A stretch of DNA of 62,917 nucleotides, filler included, from Reticulomyxa filosa (lineage: Eukaryota > Protista > Foraminifera): the NCBI GenBank assembly GCA_000512085.1. It is 17 parts of 17 records of this genome, joined end to end, with 100 filler letters (N's around TTAATTAATTAA, not from the genome) between each part and the next. Parts side by side here need not be neighbours in the genome. Positions count along the whole stretch, not along the records: positions 19,834 to 26,574 come from ASPP01049650.1; positions 26,675 to 33,558 come from ASPP01023814.1; positions 33,659 to 36,261 come from ASPP01026194.1; positions 36,362 to 37,361 come from ASPP01050788.1; positions 37,462 to 41,600 come from ASPP01021868.1; 12 more parts are not named here. One strand, 5' to 3'. Position 1 is the stretch's first letter. The number at the start of each line of letters is the position of its first letter. The translations under genes and the position numbers were made by a program. Under the pieces are notes generated by a model. The model was not told the origin of the DNA. It was given only the letters and a program-made list of their open reading frames with translations, and made no database searches. Below are positions 24,704-37,519 of this stretch, piece after piece.

Positions 24704-25487
24704 TACAGTAGATTGCAAAAAAAATTGCATCCTAACAAGATTGGTGAATGTAATGCTACAATTTGAACTTGCTTGATCCAAAATGTGTTAGGATATCTGT
24801 AGATAAATAATGAAATTAGTTATAAAATTTGTAAAGAAATATTAAAAGATGACAAGCTGAAAAGTGTATCTAATTGTTTAGATTATAAAAATAATGTTAA
24901 TTACAACAAGTCTGTAGAGTAAGCCCCTATCACACAATATCAAATACTAAGTGAACGGTGGGACCCCCGTGGTTAAAAATCCTCTCACTTTTGTGTTTTT
25001 TTTACTTGTTTTCTTTATTGTGTTAAAATTATTTTTGTTAATTTAATTTCCTTTTACTGAAGTTGCTTTTGGAACTAAGTTCCTTTCGGATTACGTTTAG
25101 TCGTCTCAATATTCCTACAAGTCATTGCTGTACAAAACTCAAACATAAATAAAAATTCAAAAAAACTTTACATAAAATAAAATTTTAATTGTTGAATTTT
25201 AAAAATTACAAAAGATACAACGCGAATTTTTTTAGAAAAGTATACGCTTGACTTATACTCCTTAAAAGAAACAATAAAATTTAAAATTTCACCTTAGTAA
25301 TAAATGTTTGATTTATATTCATTCGACCAGATATAAAATCAATTTCATATTTAAAAACTACAAGATTTGTAGATATTTTTTTTAAAATAAAAAAAAATTA
25401 GGTCTAAATGTTGATTTTTCATGGAGAAAATCAATTATCATCATATGATATCGTTTTATGCGTTCAGTTTTCTTTGCACCTACTATA
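24704..25487. mobile_element. Non-autonomous Tc1/mariner-derived element (MITE-like, about 780 bp) flanked by TA
   Basis: Left end TA|CAGTAGATTGCAAAAAAAATTGCATCCTAA. Right end read as reverse complement: TA|TAGTAGGTGCAAAGAAAACTGAACGCATAA. No coding capacity inside. Confidence 0.55.
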
Positions 25488-25981
25488 TATCGCTACAATT
25501 ATCAGGTAGTAATAAATGTGTGTTTTGTTATTGTATATGCAATGTAAAATTTTATGCAACATACTTTTAAAAAATTTTTTGAAAGTGCCATTAAAAAAAA
25601 ATTAATTGCAATTTGCCTATTTCAAAAGAACATTTTTTTTTGCAAGTAATAGCAGTTTTCATTCTTTCCTACAGTAATAGAACTTTGTGTTACATTACAC
25701 GATATCAATATCAACAAACTTTTTTTTCATTAATCAAAAATCAAATGAAATACTTAAGATTATTGTTGTGATAATGAAAATCAATTTAATGTCCAAAACA
25801 ATTTGTCTTGAAGAAGAATACGTTTTCTGGAGTTTAACAGGTATAAAGATTTTAATCCTATCATTATGATTATAATGTTATTTGTTTTTCATCAACTAAT
25901 GACACAATTTGTTGTAGTTATCTGTTATCTTTGTAATCTCAAGAACCAGCTTCTAGTGTTTGTGATATTTATTTTTCATCA

Positions 25982-26140
25982 TATAGTAGAATGTAAATGA
26001 AAGTTGACACATAAAACGGCACCTTATATAATGATTGATTTTCTTCATGAAAAAAACATCTATGAATTGTGTAGTTTTTAACATCATTTTGGTTTTTTAT
26101 TAAATCTTTACTAATTGTTTAAAAATTTGAATATGTTATT
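25982..26140 (+). mobile_element. Tc1/mariner TIR copy (left orientation)
   Basis: TAGTAGAATGTAAATGAAAGTTGACACATAAAACGGCACC..GATTTTCTTCATGAAAAA..TTTGGTTTTTTATTAAATCTTTAC matches the reverse complement of 225-401 and of 35615-35753. Confidence 0.7.
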
Positions 26141-26674
26141 GATTTTTGAAAATTTTTGAGAAAAAGTTGACAATGTGACTGTGTCATAACAATGAAATTT
26201 GCAAAATTTTTTTTAGCATTTTCAAAAAGTGCTATATGCATATATTTTTTAAAAAAATTAGCATTCTTCGTTAAGTAGTTTTTGAGAAAATTCAATTTTT
26301 TGTTATCAAAAATTATTTTTGCAGAATTTAATGTTATTTTCAAAGTTTCTGCATTGTGAAAGCATGATTGTTTTTGACTACTATTTGTTTGCCTTTTTTT
26401 GTCCACTACAAGTTAATTCAAAAGCTTAATAACTGAAAATTTTTTGTGTTAAGATTTTTTTTAGTGAAAATTATCATTTGATTAAATCACTTTTTGCATT
26501 GTATAACGCTTGTATTCACTGTAATATTGATTTTATTAAGTTTGTGCATGTTCCTTTGTCAATTTTTTCACATTNNNNNNNNNNNNNNNNNNNNNNNNNN
26601 NNNNNNNNNNNNNNNNNNTTAATTAATTAANNNNNNNNNNNNNNNNNNNNNNNNNNNNNNNNNNNNNNNNNNNN

Positions 26675-29150
26675 GTATTATCAGATGATCCAGACACAAT
26701 TTTAGAACCATCAGGAGAAAATCCAACCGAACAAACATCACTTGAATGTCCGTTCAATAATCGAATTTGTCCTCCAGATGACACATCCCATATTTGAATG
26801 GTTCTATCATATGATCCGGATACAATTTTAGAACCATCAGGAGTGAATCCAACAGAACTAACAGAATTAGAATGTCCTTTCAATGATCTAATTTGTTTTC
26901 CAGATGATACATCCCATATTCGAATAGTATCATCATCTGATCCTGATACAATTTTAGAACCATCAAGAGAATATCTAACAAAACGAACAACATTTGAATG
27001 TCCTTTCAATGTTTGAATTAGTTTTCCAGATGATACATCCCATATTCGAATAGTGTCATCAGATGATCCTGAAACAATTTTAGAACCATCAGGAGAGAAC
27101 GCAACAGAATAACAAAATTTGAATGTCCTTCCAATGTCGAATTAGTTCTCCAGATGATACATCCCATATTCGAATAGTTTTATCTCTTGAGCCAGAAACA
27201 ATTTTAGAACCATCAGGAGAGAATCCGACCGAAGTAACAGACTTTGAGTGCCCGTTCCATGACCGAATAAGTTTTCCAGATGACACATCCCATATTTGAA
27301 TGGTTTTATCAAATGACCCTGATACAATTTTATACCCATCAAAAGAAAAATCAACAGAATTAAACCAATGTGAATGTCCTTCCAATGGTCGAAGTAGTTT
27401 TTCAGATGATACATTCCATATTCTAATGGTTTTATCCCGCGATGCTGATACAATTTTAGAACCATCAAGAGAGAATCCAACAACATAAATAAAATCTGAA
27501 TGTCCTTCCAACGTTTGAATTAGTTTTCCAGATGATACATCCCATATTCGAATGGTTTTATCCCATGACCCTGATACAATTTTAGAACCATCAGGAGAAA
27601 ACTCAACAGAAGCAATATAATTTGAATGTCCTTCCAATAATTGAACCTCTTCTCCAGATGATGCATCCCATATTCGAATAGTGTCATCATCTGATCCTGA
27701 TACAATTTTAGAACCATCAAGAGAAAGTTTAACAGAATTGATACACGCTGAATGTCCTTCCAACTTTTTCATTAGTTCTCCAGATGATACATCCCATATC
27801 CGAAGAGTTTTATCTAATGATCCTGATACAATTTTAGAACCATCAGGAAAAAAATCAACAGAATAAACAGTATCTGAATGTCCTTTCAATGATCGAATTA
27901 GTTCTCCAGATGATACATCCCATATTCGAATGGTTTTATCAAATGACCCTGATACAATTTTAGAACCATCAGGGGAAAATTTAATAGAAGAAATACTTTC
28001 TGAATGTCCATTCAATAATTGAATTAATTTTCCAGATGATACATCCCATATTCGAATGGTTTTATCACATGATCCTGATACAATTTTAGAACTATCAGGA
28101 GAAAATCCAACAAAAAGAACCCAACTTGAATGTCCTTCCAATGATCGAACTAGTTCTCCAGATGATACATCCCATATTCGAATGGTATTATCCTGTGATC
28201 CTGACACAACTTTAGAGCCATCAGAAAAAAAATTAACAGAACGAACAGCATCTGAATGTCCTTCCAATGATTGAGTTAGTTTTCGAAAAGGTACATTCCA
28301 TATTCTGATCGATTTATCAAATGATCCTGATACAATTTTAGAACCATCAGGAGAGAATCCAACAGAATTAACCCAATGTGAATGTCCTTCCAATTTTTGA
28401 ATAAGTTTTCTGGATGATACATCCCATATTTGAACAGTTTTATCTAATGATCCTGATACAATTTTAGAACCATCAGGTGAAAATTTAACGGAAGTAATGC
28501 CTTCTGAATGCCCCTCTAATTGCCGAATTAGTTCTCCAGATGATACATCCCATATTCGAATGGCTTTATCATATGATCCTGATACAATTTTAGAACCATC
28601 AGGAGAAAATCCAACAGAAGTAATAATATTTGAATGTCCTTTCAATAATTGAATTTGTTCTCCAGATGATACATCCCATATTCGAATGGTATTATCATAT
28701 GATCCGGATACAATTTTAGAACCATCAGGAAAAAATCCAACAAAAGAAACAAGCCTTGAATGTCCGTTTAATGATCGAATTAGTTCTCCAGATGATACAT
28801 CCCATATTCGAATGGTAGTATCAGATGATCCAGACACAATTTTGGAACCATCAGGAGAAAATCCAACAGAAGCAACAATACTTGAATGTTCTTTCAATAA
28901 TTGAATTTGCTCTCCAGATGATACATCCCATATTCGAATGGTTTTATCTTGTGATCCTGATACAATTTTAGAACCATCAGGAGAGAATCCAGCAGAATGA
29001 ATAATATTTGAATGCCCTTCCAATGATTTAATTTGTTTTCCAGATGATACATCCCATATCCGAACGGTTTTATCACGTGATCCCGATACAATTTTAAAAC
29101 CATCAGGAGAAAATCCAACAGAAGTGACACTATTTGAATGTCCTTGTAAA
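26675..29150 (-). repeat. Tandem 126-nt repeats encoding WD40 units (about 20 copies)
   Basis: GATACATCCCATATTCGAAT..GATACAATTTTAGAACCATCAGGA recurs every 126 nt. Confidence 0.97.
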
Positions 29151-32100
29151 TATGATTCACCAAAGTTGATAGAATTAGTAGATGCATTTGTAAAATTGGT
29201 GTTATTGAGACATGCTTGAAAGAAACTGACATGATCTAAAATGGCCCCTTTGAAAGTTGTTCCTTCCAGAAATGCTTTATCTAATATTGCATGTGGTATA
29301 CAAATATTATCCCAATTTTGATAACTCATACTAACATTCGCAGCATTAAGTATTGTTGCTGCATTTGCTGCTGCAATAGATATATTTGGATTATTTTTTG
29401 ATAGTTGTATGATTTGAAATAATTTTTGTATTAAATGTGAAAATTGTTGTGATTGATCATAAATCCTATCTGCTATAAATTGAATAATACTTAATTCTGT
29501 ATTTAATAATTTTTGATTAATGTATAATTGATTAATATACAATTGATTATTGTCATTCCATGATATAATATTGAATAAAATTTTTTGTGCAGCATAATAT
29601 TCTTGACATGATTTATGTAGAAATTGATATTTGTTATCACCAACTTTTCTTAATACATATTTGGCAATACTGTCTCCATTGAAATATCTTTGCCATTTAT
29701 CCACATCAACATTTTGGAAATCATTCACATCCACATCCATATTCAATTCAGTTATGATTTGTTTTTCTTCAAAAAACATATCAAAGCCTAAATCAAGACA
29801 ATATCGTTCGAGCACTGATTTAAGTTTATTGATGCTCATTTGTACTTTCAATTCTTTTAATTTCAAAATAATATTTTGTGCATGATTATTAATCCATTGA
29901 TCATTGAATACTTGATATACTTGTGCTCTTGAAATTCTTGTGTTTTTATCATAATTTTTTTGCAATAATGGCAAAACATCCAAAATGAGACGAAGAAGAA
30001 AAGGTTCTTCCACCATTTTTTGTAAATTTGGATAATTGTTCAATGTCTCTTCATATTGTTGTGATGTCCAATTGTTATTGTTGCTGTTATTATTATTATT
30101 TGTTTTCATTGCTGCAAACTTGTCAATATAATCACGCATCTGTATTTTTGTAAATGGCCACAAATACATCATTGATATATGATTTTGGTTATTATTACCA
30201 ATTAAGCACGTTTTAATATCTTCTTCTTTTAATGCACTACTTCGACAAGTAACAATCACTTTTGCATTCCATTGATTCAAATTAAAACGATCATAAAAAT
30301 ATGATTCATTTTCATTATGATTTTGACTATAAACATCAAATATTTCGTCAAATCCGTCCATAATAAATACAAATGGTACTTTTTCACGAATTGCGTCCAT
30401 ACTTTCTTTGTTAATATGTCTGCCTTGTAATGCTTGCAAAATGATATCTTTTTCATTTTGTTTATTATAAAATTTTGTAAATGAAATATAAACAGGAATA
30501 GCCTTTTTTGAATCAGACGCATAATTGTTCCATAAGGTTTTTTCTAAATAACGACAGAATATACTTTTTCCTGATCCTGATTTACCTTGAATTATCATTA
30601 CTTTATTTTCTTTTTGTTCATTTTTTTCTTCTTCTTCATTTAAAAATGTAATGACATGTTGATGGCAATTAAAAGTATTTTGTTTTTCATGATTGTCGCC
30701 ATCAGTATATGGATACTTATTGGCTTGTAATGGAATATATGTTTCGAGTGCTTGTGATGTGGCTATATCTTCTTTTAATTCTTGCTTCATGGACTCTTGT
30801 AATAACAATGCAAAATCATGACAACTTGCTGGATGTTTATCTCCAATGATATATTTTTTATAATATTCATATAAAATCACATACATTCCTTTTCCTTTTA
30901 CTTTCTCTGGAGTGAATTTACAAAGTTGTTCATATGTAAATTGTGCGATTTTTAATGGCACATTATTGTTAATTTCAATTTCACTTTTTTTATGTAATTG
31001 TGATGGTTTCAATATTCCAATATCTAAAGGTGGCTTATAACGAGTTGCCAATTTTTGTATTCCTTTATCATCAATCCATTCACATATAATATCATTCATT
31101 TTTGTTAATGCTTCATCACTTGCTTGCTTTAAATCTTCTTCTTCAGCATTCTTTGGTTGCCATGCTCTAATATGTTCATAAAATATATGACTTAATTTTG
31201 GATTCTCAATTATAGTATACCCTTCTAATGTTGTAAAATTTTTTAATGTCGCTTGCATTTCAATATATACATCATATTTTGGAACATATAATTTGATATT
31301 GTGGAATCGATGATGCGTTTTGGATTGTTTCTCAAAGAAATCTTTATCTTCAGATACAATTAAATGAAATTGTTCTGCTTTCTTCATTACAGTAACCGCT
31401 GTCTGTAATTTGACTTTATTTTCACAAAGAATAGTAAATCTTCCAACATCAAACACTTGATTATGATCTCCACCATAATCTGCTTTAATTTTCTCTGATA
31501 ATCTTTCATTTCCTTTCAAACTTGGTGGCCGCACAACTGTGATTTCATGTTTTTGTAATTCAGCAACTAAGTTGATGATATCATTACTCATCATTGCCTT
31601 TTCACTTCTGTCTCTTAAATCTTCAATACTTTCCGCGTGCTGTCTGATTTTATTTGCTTTCAATGTATATTTCAATCCTGATTGGATTGGATAACTACGT
31701 TGATAATTGTAGTCATTTTCATGTGACGATCCATCACTTGCATAAATGGAGTGCTCTGAATTAAAGAATAGTGCTTTAATGACGGATGTCAGTGTGAGTT
31801 GCTTACAAACAGGACAACTATAAGATATGTTGTTGGAATCCAATGAAATCTCACCAAATTCAAGATTCATCCATACAGAAATCTTTGCTTTGCCTGCTAA
31901 ACATTCTTTGTTTTTACAATAACCTTGCAAATTTATTCCTGCTTTAATCTCTCCAATTACTGATTTTTCTTCTTCTTTTTCCAATGTCTTTGACTGTTTT
32001 TTTTTTTCTTCTAATTCTTTATTGTCTTCTATCTGTTTTATATGTATTTGAAAAAAAAAAAAAAACGATCCAAATAAGTACTTTATCAAAGTATACCGGA

Positions 32101-32850
32101 TAAATATAGATTGTTATTTTTTGTTGTTGTTGTTGTTGTTGTAAATACTCGCTTATCTACCGTCTCAGTTTTTTCATCTTCTAAGGTGTCCTCTATTTTT
32201 TGATCAGCCACTTTCAATTGCAATGACCATTTACGACTGTCTTCATCGTATAGACTCTTCCAGATGTTTTTTAAATCCTCACCAGTTTTAATCACCACCT
32301 TTCCCTTCTTTTCGTCTCCCAAACTATATTCATTATATGCATTATATTCACCATTTTCATTATTTTGATAGTCACTTATTCCAGTCAATGCTTTGAATTC
32401 TTGCAAATGCTTTCCCCAATCTTCTTTTTCTAATTCTTGGTAAAAACGTGGTTCATTCGAATTCTTTGGACACCACGTAGTTCTTTTTCCTTCACTGTCT
32501 TCGCTTATTATTACTATGCACCGCTATTTAATTTTTTTTTAATAAAGTGTATGTATATCTTTTTTTTTTTTTTTTTTTTCTTAGATATATGTAGTGACCA
32601 TCTTAAATGTATAGTATCGCGCTTGTTTGCTTTGAATAAGTTCGTTCCAAACATGCATGAAATCATTGCCGTCATTAATTTGAGCATTGTTGCTTTTTTT
32701 TTTTACAAAAAGAAAGGATGACATATCTGTCAAATTCAATCCATGTTTGGTTGCTTGTTGCAATAATTTCCAATTCTCTTCTTTGGAAAGTTCATCTGCC
32801 ATTTGCCCACTGCCAGGCTTGAACGTTACCGGTTCATCATCAGAAAGCTT
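26675..32850 (-). CDS. NLR-like STAND protein: N-terminal modules, Zn-binding domain, RelA/SpoT-like nucleotidyltransferase, NACHT, pentapeptide repeats, about 20 WD40 repeats (3'-truncated)
   Basis: 1666-aa ORF 27089-32089 plus upstream exons and a frameshifted continuation. Walker A IQGKSGSGKS, Walker B FVFIMDGFDE, VIVTCR sensor, PF motif (EEPFLL), YQFLHKSCQEYYAA (WHD), AANAATILN + pentapeptide repeats, then GHS..V.SV.FSPDGSKIVSGS.D.TIRIWD repeats. Confidence 0.93.
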
Positions 32851-33658
32851 AATTAATACGTACTTTTCCTTTTTTTTTTTTTTTTGGCTAAATCCAGTTT
32901 TTTTTTTTTAAAATAAACAAACCATTTTGGGTTTTTTCGCTGTTACGCTTTTTTTTCTTATTAGTGAGTGTAGTATGTGCTTAATTATAGCAAAAAAAAA
33001 AAAAAAGCGATGATGTAAAATTTTTTTTGTTTGAGGTTTGTACTCCCGCCCCCTCTGTGACAGGTTTTTTTAAAAAAAAGTTGATGTGACAATTGAAATG
33101 AAAATAAACTTTATTTTGTTTACAATTTTGAAACGATTTTGTTTGCAAAGGCAAAAAAAAACGCTCTTTGCTGTTTTTCTCTCTTTCCTTGCTTTCTTAA
33201 AACATTGAAAAAAAGGACACTTTTTCATTTGTTCAAAAAAAAAAAATGCAACTGCTTACTATTTCTTTCTATCTATATTGTTAAGACAATTTGAAGAAGA
33301 AGATGCTGTTGCATTTTTGCAACTACAAAAAAAAAATTCTTTTAAAAACACTCAGCACAAGCATATTTCTGTTTCATTCCAAAACCTTCTATCACCAAGT
33401 GAATCTCTTTCATTTTTACGCCTGTTTCTTTCGTCTCCTTTTGATGATATCTCTACCTCCATATTCCACCAGCTTTCTTTCCTAAGCTCTTCAATTCGGA
33501 TTTTTGGGATGACAGAGATCAGATTTTTAATTCAATCAATATTACAACCTACAACCCCNNNNNNNNNNNNNNNNNNNNNNNNNNNNNNNNNNNNNNNNNN
33601 NNTTAATTAATTAANNNNNNNNNNNNNNNNNNNNNNNNNNNNNNNNNNNNNNNNNNNN

Positions 33659-34340
33659 TTACATATCCGCCCAATCAAATAATGGTTTTGGATTCAAAGT
33701 CATTACATATGCTTGCCAAACATACACTGCCATTTTATCTATTTGTTGGTAACCATTGCATATTTAACACGAACAATGACAACAAAAATGAATTGAGATT
33801 ATTTAATTATAATTCCCAGGTGGTTGTTAGATTTGATGAACACAATAACACATGGGAGAGCACAAAATTTAAAATTGATCGTGAATTGGAACATGTATTT
33901 GATTATTCATTTGTTTGCATCGATGGCTTTGTCATTGTATTTGGAGGATGTTGCAATGGCACACACAGCAGCAGCGTGAAAGTTTATTGCATCAAAACAA
34001 AACGATGGAAGCTATGTCCACATAAGCTACCTGGATTTTATTTCAAAACTTGTGCTCTTCTCAATGCAGACAATACAGAGATTCATATCATTGGTGGAAT
34101 TTCGAGACACATTATCTTAGGACAACATTTGAAAATAAAAGTCAATGATATTATTCAAATGGTAGAATTTTCTTTTGATATACTAAAAAATAATACAATC
34201 CAACAACAGTAAAAAAAAAAAATTAATAGAGACTAGATTGTGTCGAAATGGTTATTCAACAATGGCTACGAACGTCATATGTTAAAAAGATTGGATGGAT
34301 CAATGAGTTTAATATTATCGTATTTGATTTTTTATGGTAA
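33659..34340 (+). CDS. Kelch-repeat protein, 3' part
   Basis: YSFVCIDGFVIVFGG..VKVYCIKTKRWKLCPHKLP..EIHIIGG; final exon VIQQWLRTSYVKKIGWINEFNIIV. Confidence 0.75.
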
Positions 34341-35614
34341 AAATGTCTTTATAACATATAAATCTCACAACTGACCGCTTTACATTATTACCTGATATAA
34401 CATCACACATTCTAACTATTTCCTTCAAACAGTTCTATAATTTAAGACGCTGTTTGACGAAGGAAAAATCACTGGTTGTTTTTTAGTTAATTTAATGCAG
34501 TTGAATATTTTTGTCGTGTTATGCAACGTTCTTTTCAAATTGGGTTATCATGCTATAAAAATTTTTTTAAAAACTTAGAACCTTTTCTTTTTGAGAATGT
34601 TTTCTTTGTAGAAAACCGGAATAATATTTTTTGACTATTGAGAAAAAAAACAAAAATTTTAAACAAATAGATTCAATAAAATGCAAAAAAATCTGCTTTT
34701 ATTTATTTGAATTAGCAATTTTTTAAAAGAACGTTTCACAAAACAAATCACAAAAAAAAGGTAAAAGCCAGACAAATTTTTTTGTTATAAAAAAATCCTC
34801 GATAGATTTTTCATTCAAAAAAAAGCTAATAATAATGTTATCGTAATTGTTTTATACGAAGATTTTAACCATTTGTGCGTTGATAAAGACTATCCATTGT
34901 GTTAATTGCTTCGATATGTTGCTGTCTTTCGTATTTGCGAAGCATTTATTTGACCACATTTGTTTGTGTTCCAAAAAAAGTTCTTTTATAGTTTTTTAAA
35001 ATTACATTTTCGAACTCAAAGAATTTTTTTAAATAGATTTGAGTTATACGTATTAAATTGATAACGTAGAGATGCATTTGAAGAAGCTATATTGGATCGA
35101 AAAATTAATAAGTTTGTAGAAATAACGATAGCAAAAGATAAAACAAAATTAGTTATTAACTACATTGACAAAATAAATAAAATTGATAAAGTACTGAAAC
35201 AAATAACTAAAATTGAGGAAATATATCAAATAATTGATTGAATAAAAGCTATAAAAAGATTTAACTATTATTTAATACATTAAAACAATAAACAATATTT
35301 ATAAACTAAGATTAATAAATATAAGAATAAAAGATTTACTAAATCAAACAAAGTAATTAAAGTGACAAAAGAAAAATACGATAATTAGTATATAAGTTAT
35401 TATATACATAATAAAAAGGACTAAAAAAATTTGTTTATAAACATATAATAAAAAATATGATTTTAATAACTGATTTAGAATAGTTACAAAAAATGTGACA
35501 ATTTATTTTGATATTTATATCATTGTCAACTTAATATTTACTTGATGTAAATTTTTTTCAAAATTTAAAATCAATAAAAGACATAAATTTTGAAAAAAAC
35601 AGCAAATATGTAAT

Positions 35615-35753
35615 AAAAATCAAATAAAAACTACATATTTGTAGATTTTTCTTTTTTTTTTAATTTGATTAAATGTTGTTTTTTCATTAAGAAAATCAAT
35701 CATCTATATAAGATGGCATTTTAGGTGTCAACTTTTTTTTGCATTCTAATGTA
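35615..35753 (-). mobile_element. Tc1/mariner TIR copy (right orientation)
   Basis: TTGATTAAATGTTGTTTTTTCATT..GGCATTTTAGGTGTCAACTTTTTTTTGCATTCTAATG-TA, very similar to 300-403. Confidence 0.75.
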
Positions 35754-37519
35754 TTTTTCAGTATAATTTTTATTTGATAAAACATTTAACTTTAATTATA
35801 TGCTTATCAAATAAAAATAATTTTTATGCTTTTATTGACATTTTCACTGCTAATGCAATTATCGTTCTATTACCATACAAAATTAAGTATTTTACAATAA
35901 ATATATATTTGTTTTAAAAAAAAAAACATACTATTTAATTTGAACGAATCACAATATCGTATTTGCATATGCATGGAAGAAATAAATTTGGCTTTTTTTC
36001 TTTATTTGTATTTTGTTCTTGTAAAATATTTTGAGTAATAATTTGTGTGCTTCCGTCATTCAAACGTCTTTTTTTATTTATATTAGAAATAGATCCGTCT
36101 GTTAATGGCAGATTTTTCTTTTTACTATTGAAATTTGTTGAATCAACAAATGCTGTATTACTATTTTTTTCTTTTCTCTTTTGAGATAATTCTTTTTTTT
36201 CATTATCTATTAGTAAACTTGAATTACTAGAATTGTTACTACAATGTTGATATCTATGTACNNNNNNNNNNNNNNNNNNNNNNNNNNNNNNNNNNNNNNN
36301 NNNNNTTAATTAATTAANNNNNNNNNNNNNNNNNNNNNNNNNNNNNNNNNNNNNNNNNNNNAACTACAATACCACGTTGCTTTATTCTTTATAATATCAA
36401 TAACTAGTATAAAATAACAACAAACAATTTATTATAAATAACATATTCGAATTAATATCATGTCATTAGTTATAATCAATATGATCATAATTATTATTGC
36501 TACAATTAATTGTCATTCTTGATATCAAAATATTCAATAGTTAATCTACTTTTATTATTCTGACCATGTAGCGATTACAATGTTGCACATACTGTTGTGT
36601 AATACATTTCAATATATAACACATTAGTAAAAACTGTAAATCAATAAAACTTTACAAATATCAAATTGATTTTTGTGGATGTTAATTATCTGACTTTTGT
36701 GAATGTGTCTTGTCGGAGATATGATATTGTATACGCAATTGAGCTTGTTCGGCAAAGGAATTTGTACTACTTGGCAATGTAATTTGTCCTGACTATGTAT
36801 TGAGCTTGGTATATTAGTGGCGCTTGTACTGTAAATAGTGCTTGAACAGACAAAGGTGATTAGCCTGGTCAATGCACTTGTTCATATAATGTGGCTTGCA
36901 CTAGTAAATGTGCTTATACAGACAATAAAACAATTTTTACTATTTCCACTTGAACAGTTTCTTGTTATTGAATGTTTTACTGCAACTTTTCACACCGGCC
37001 GCTTTAGTCAATGCTTGTCCTTTCGCAGGCAATGCTATATTGACATTAATTGTCAATGTTTGGACTGCTGCCACTATCGTCTGCACCTTCGCATAGCACT
37101 TTATGGTATGTTTAGTTCCCGCTCGTTGGACGCCGTTTTCTTCGCATCGATTGTGGACAAGGTAAACGTTACTTTTTTACTTACGTCGACTGCCATTATC
37201 ATAACATAAACATAAAAAAAACAAATATACAAAGAAAAAGATATTAATAATAATAATTTTAAATTAACTATCACTTCCTTTTTTATCAATTTACTAATTG
37301 AATAAGTGGATGCACCAACACATATCATAAACGACAGAGACATCATGTCATTTGATTTATTNNNNNNNNNNNNNNNNNNNNNNNNNNNNNNNNNNNNNNN
37401 NNNNNTTAATTAATTAANNNNNNNNNNNNNNNNNNNNNNNNNNNNNNNNNNNNNNNNNNNNTTTTTTTTTTTTTTTTTTTTTTTTTTTGTGCAACGGCAA
37501 TCATCATCCTTTCCATAAC

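Noticed and set aside
26675-29150. Regular repeat array as CRISPR
   Set aside because: The 126-nt period is in frame and encodes WD40 repeats; there are no unique spacers and no cas genes.
27142-29232. Repetitive ORFs in other frames (MVLKLYQ.., DPDTILEPS..)
   Set aside because: Frame and antisense shadows of the WD40 array.
36362-37361. Short ORFs on this small contig
   Set aside because: No recognisable motif in the frames examined; frequent stops.
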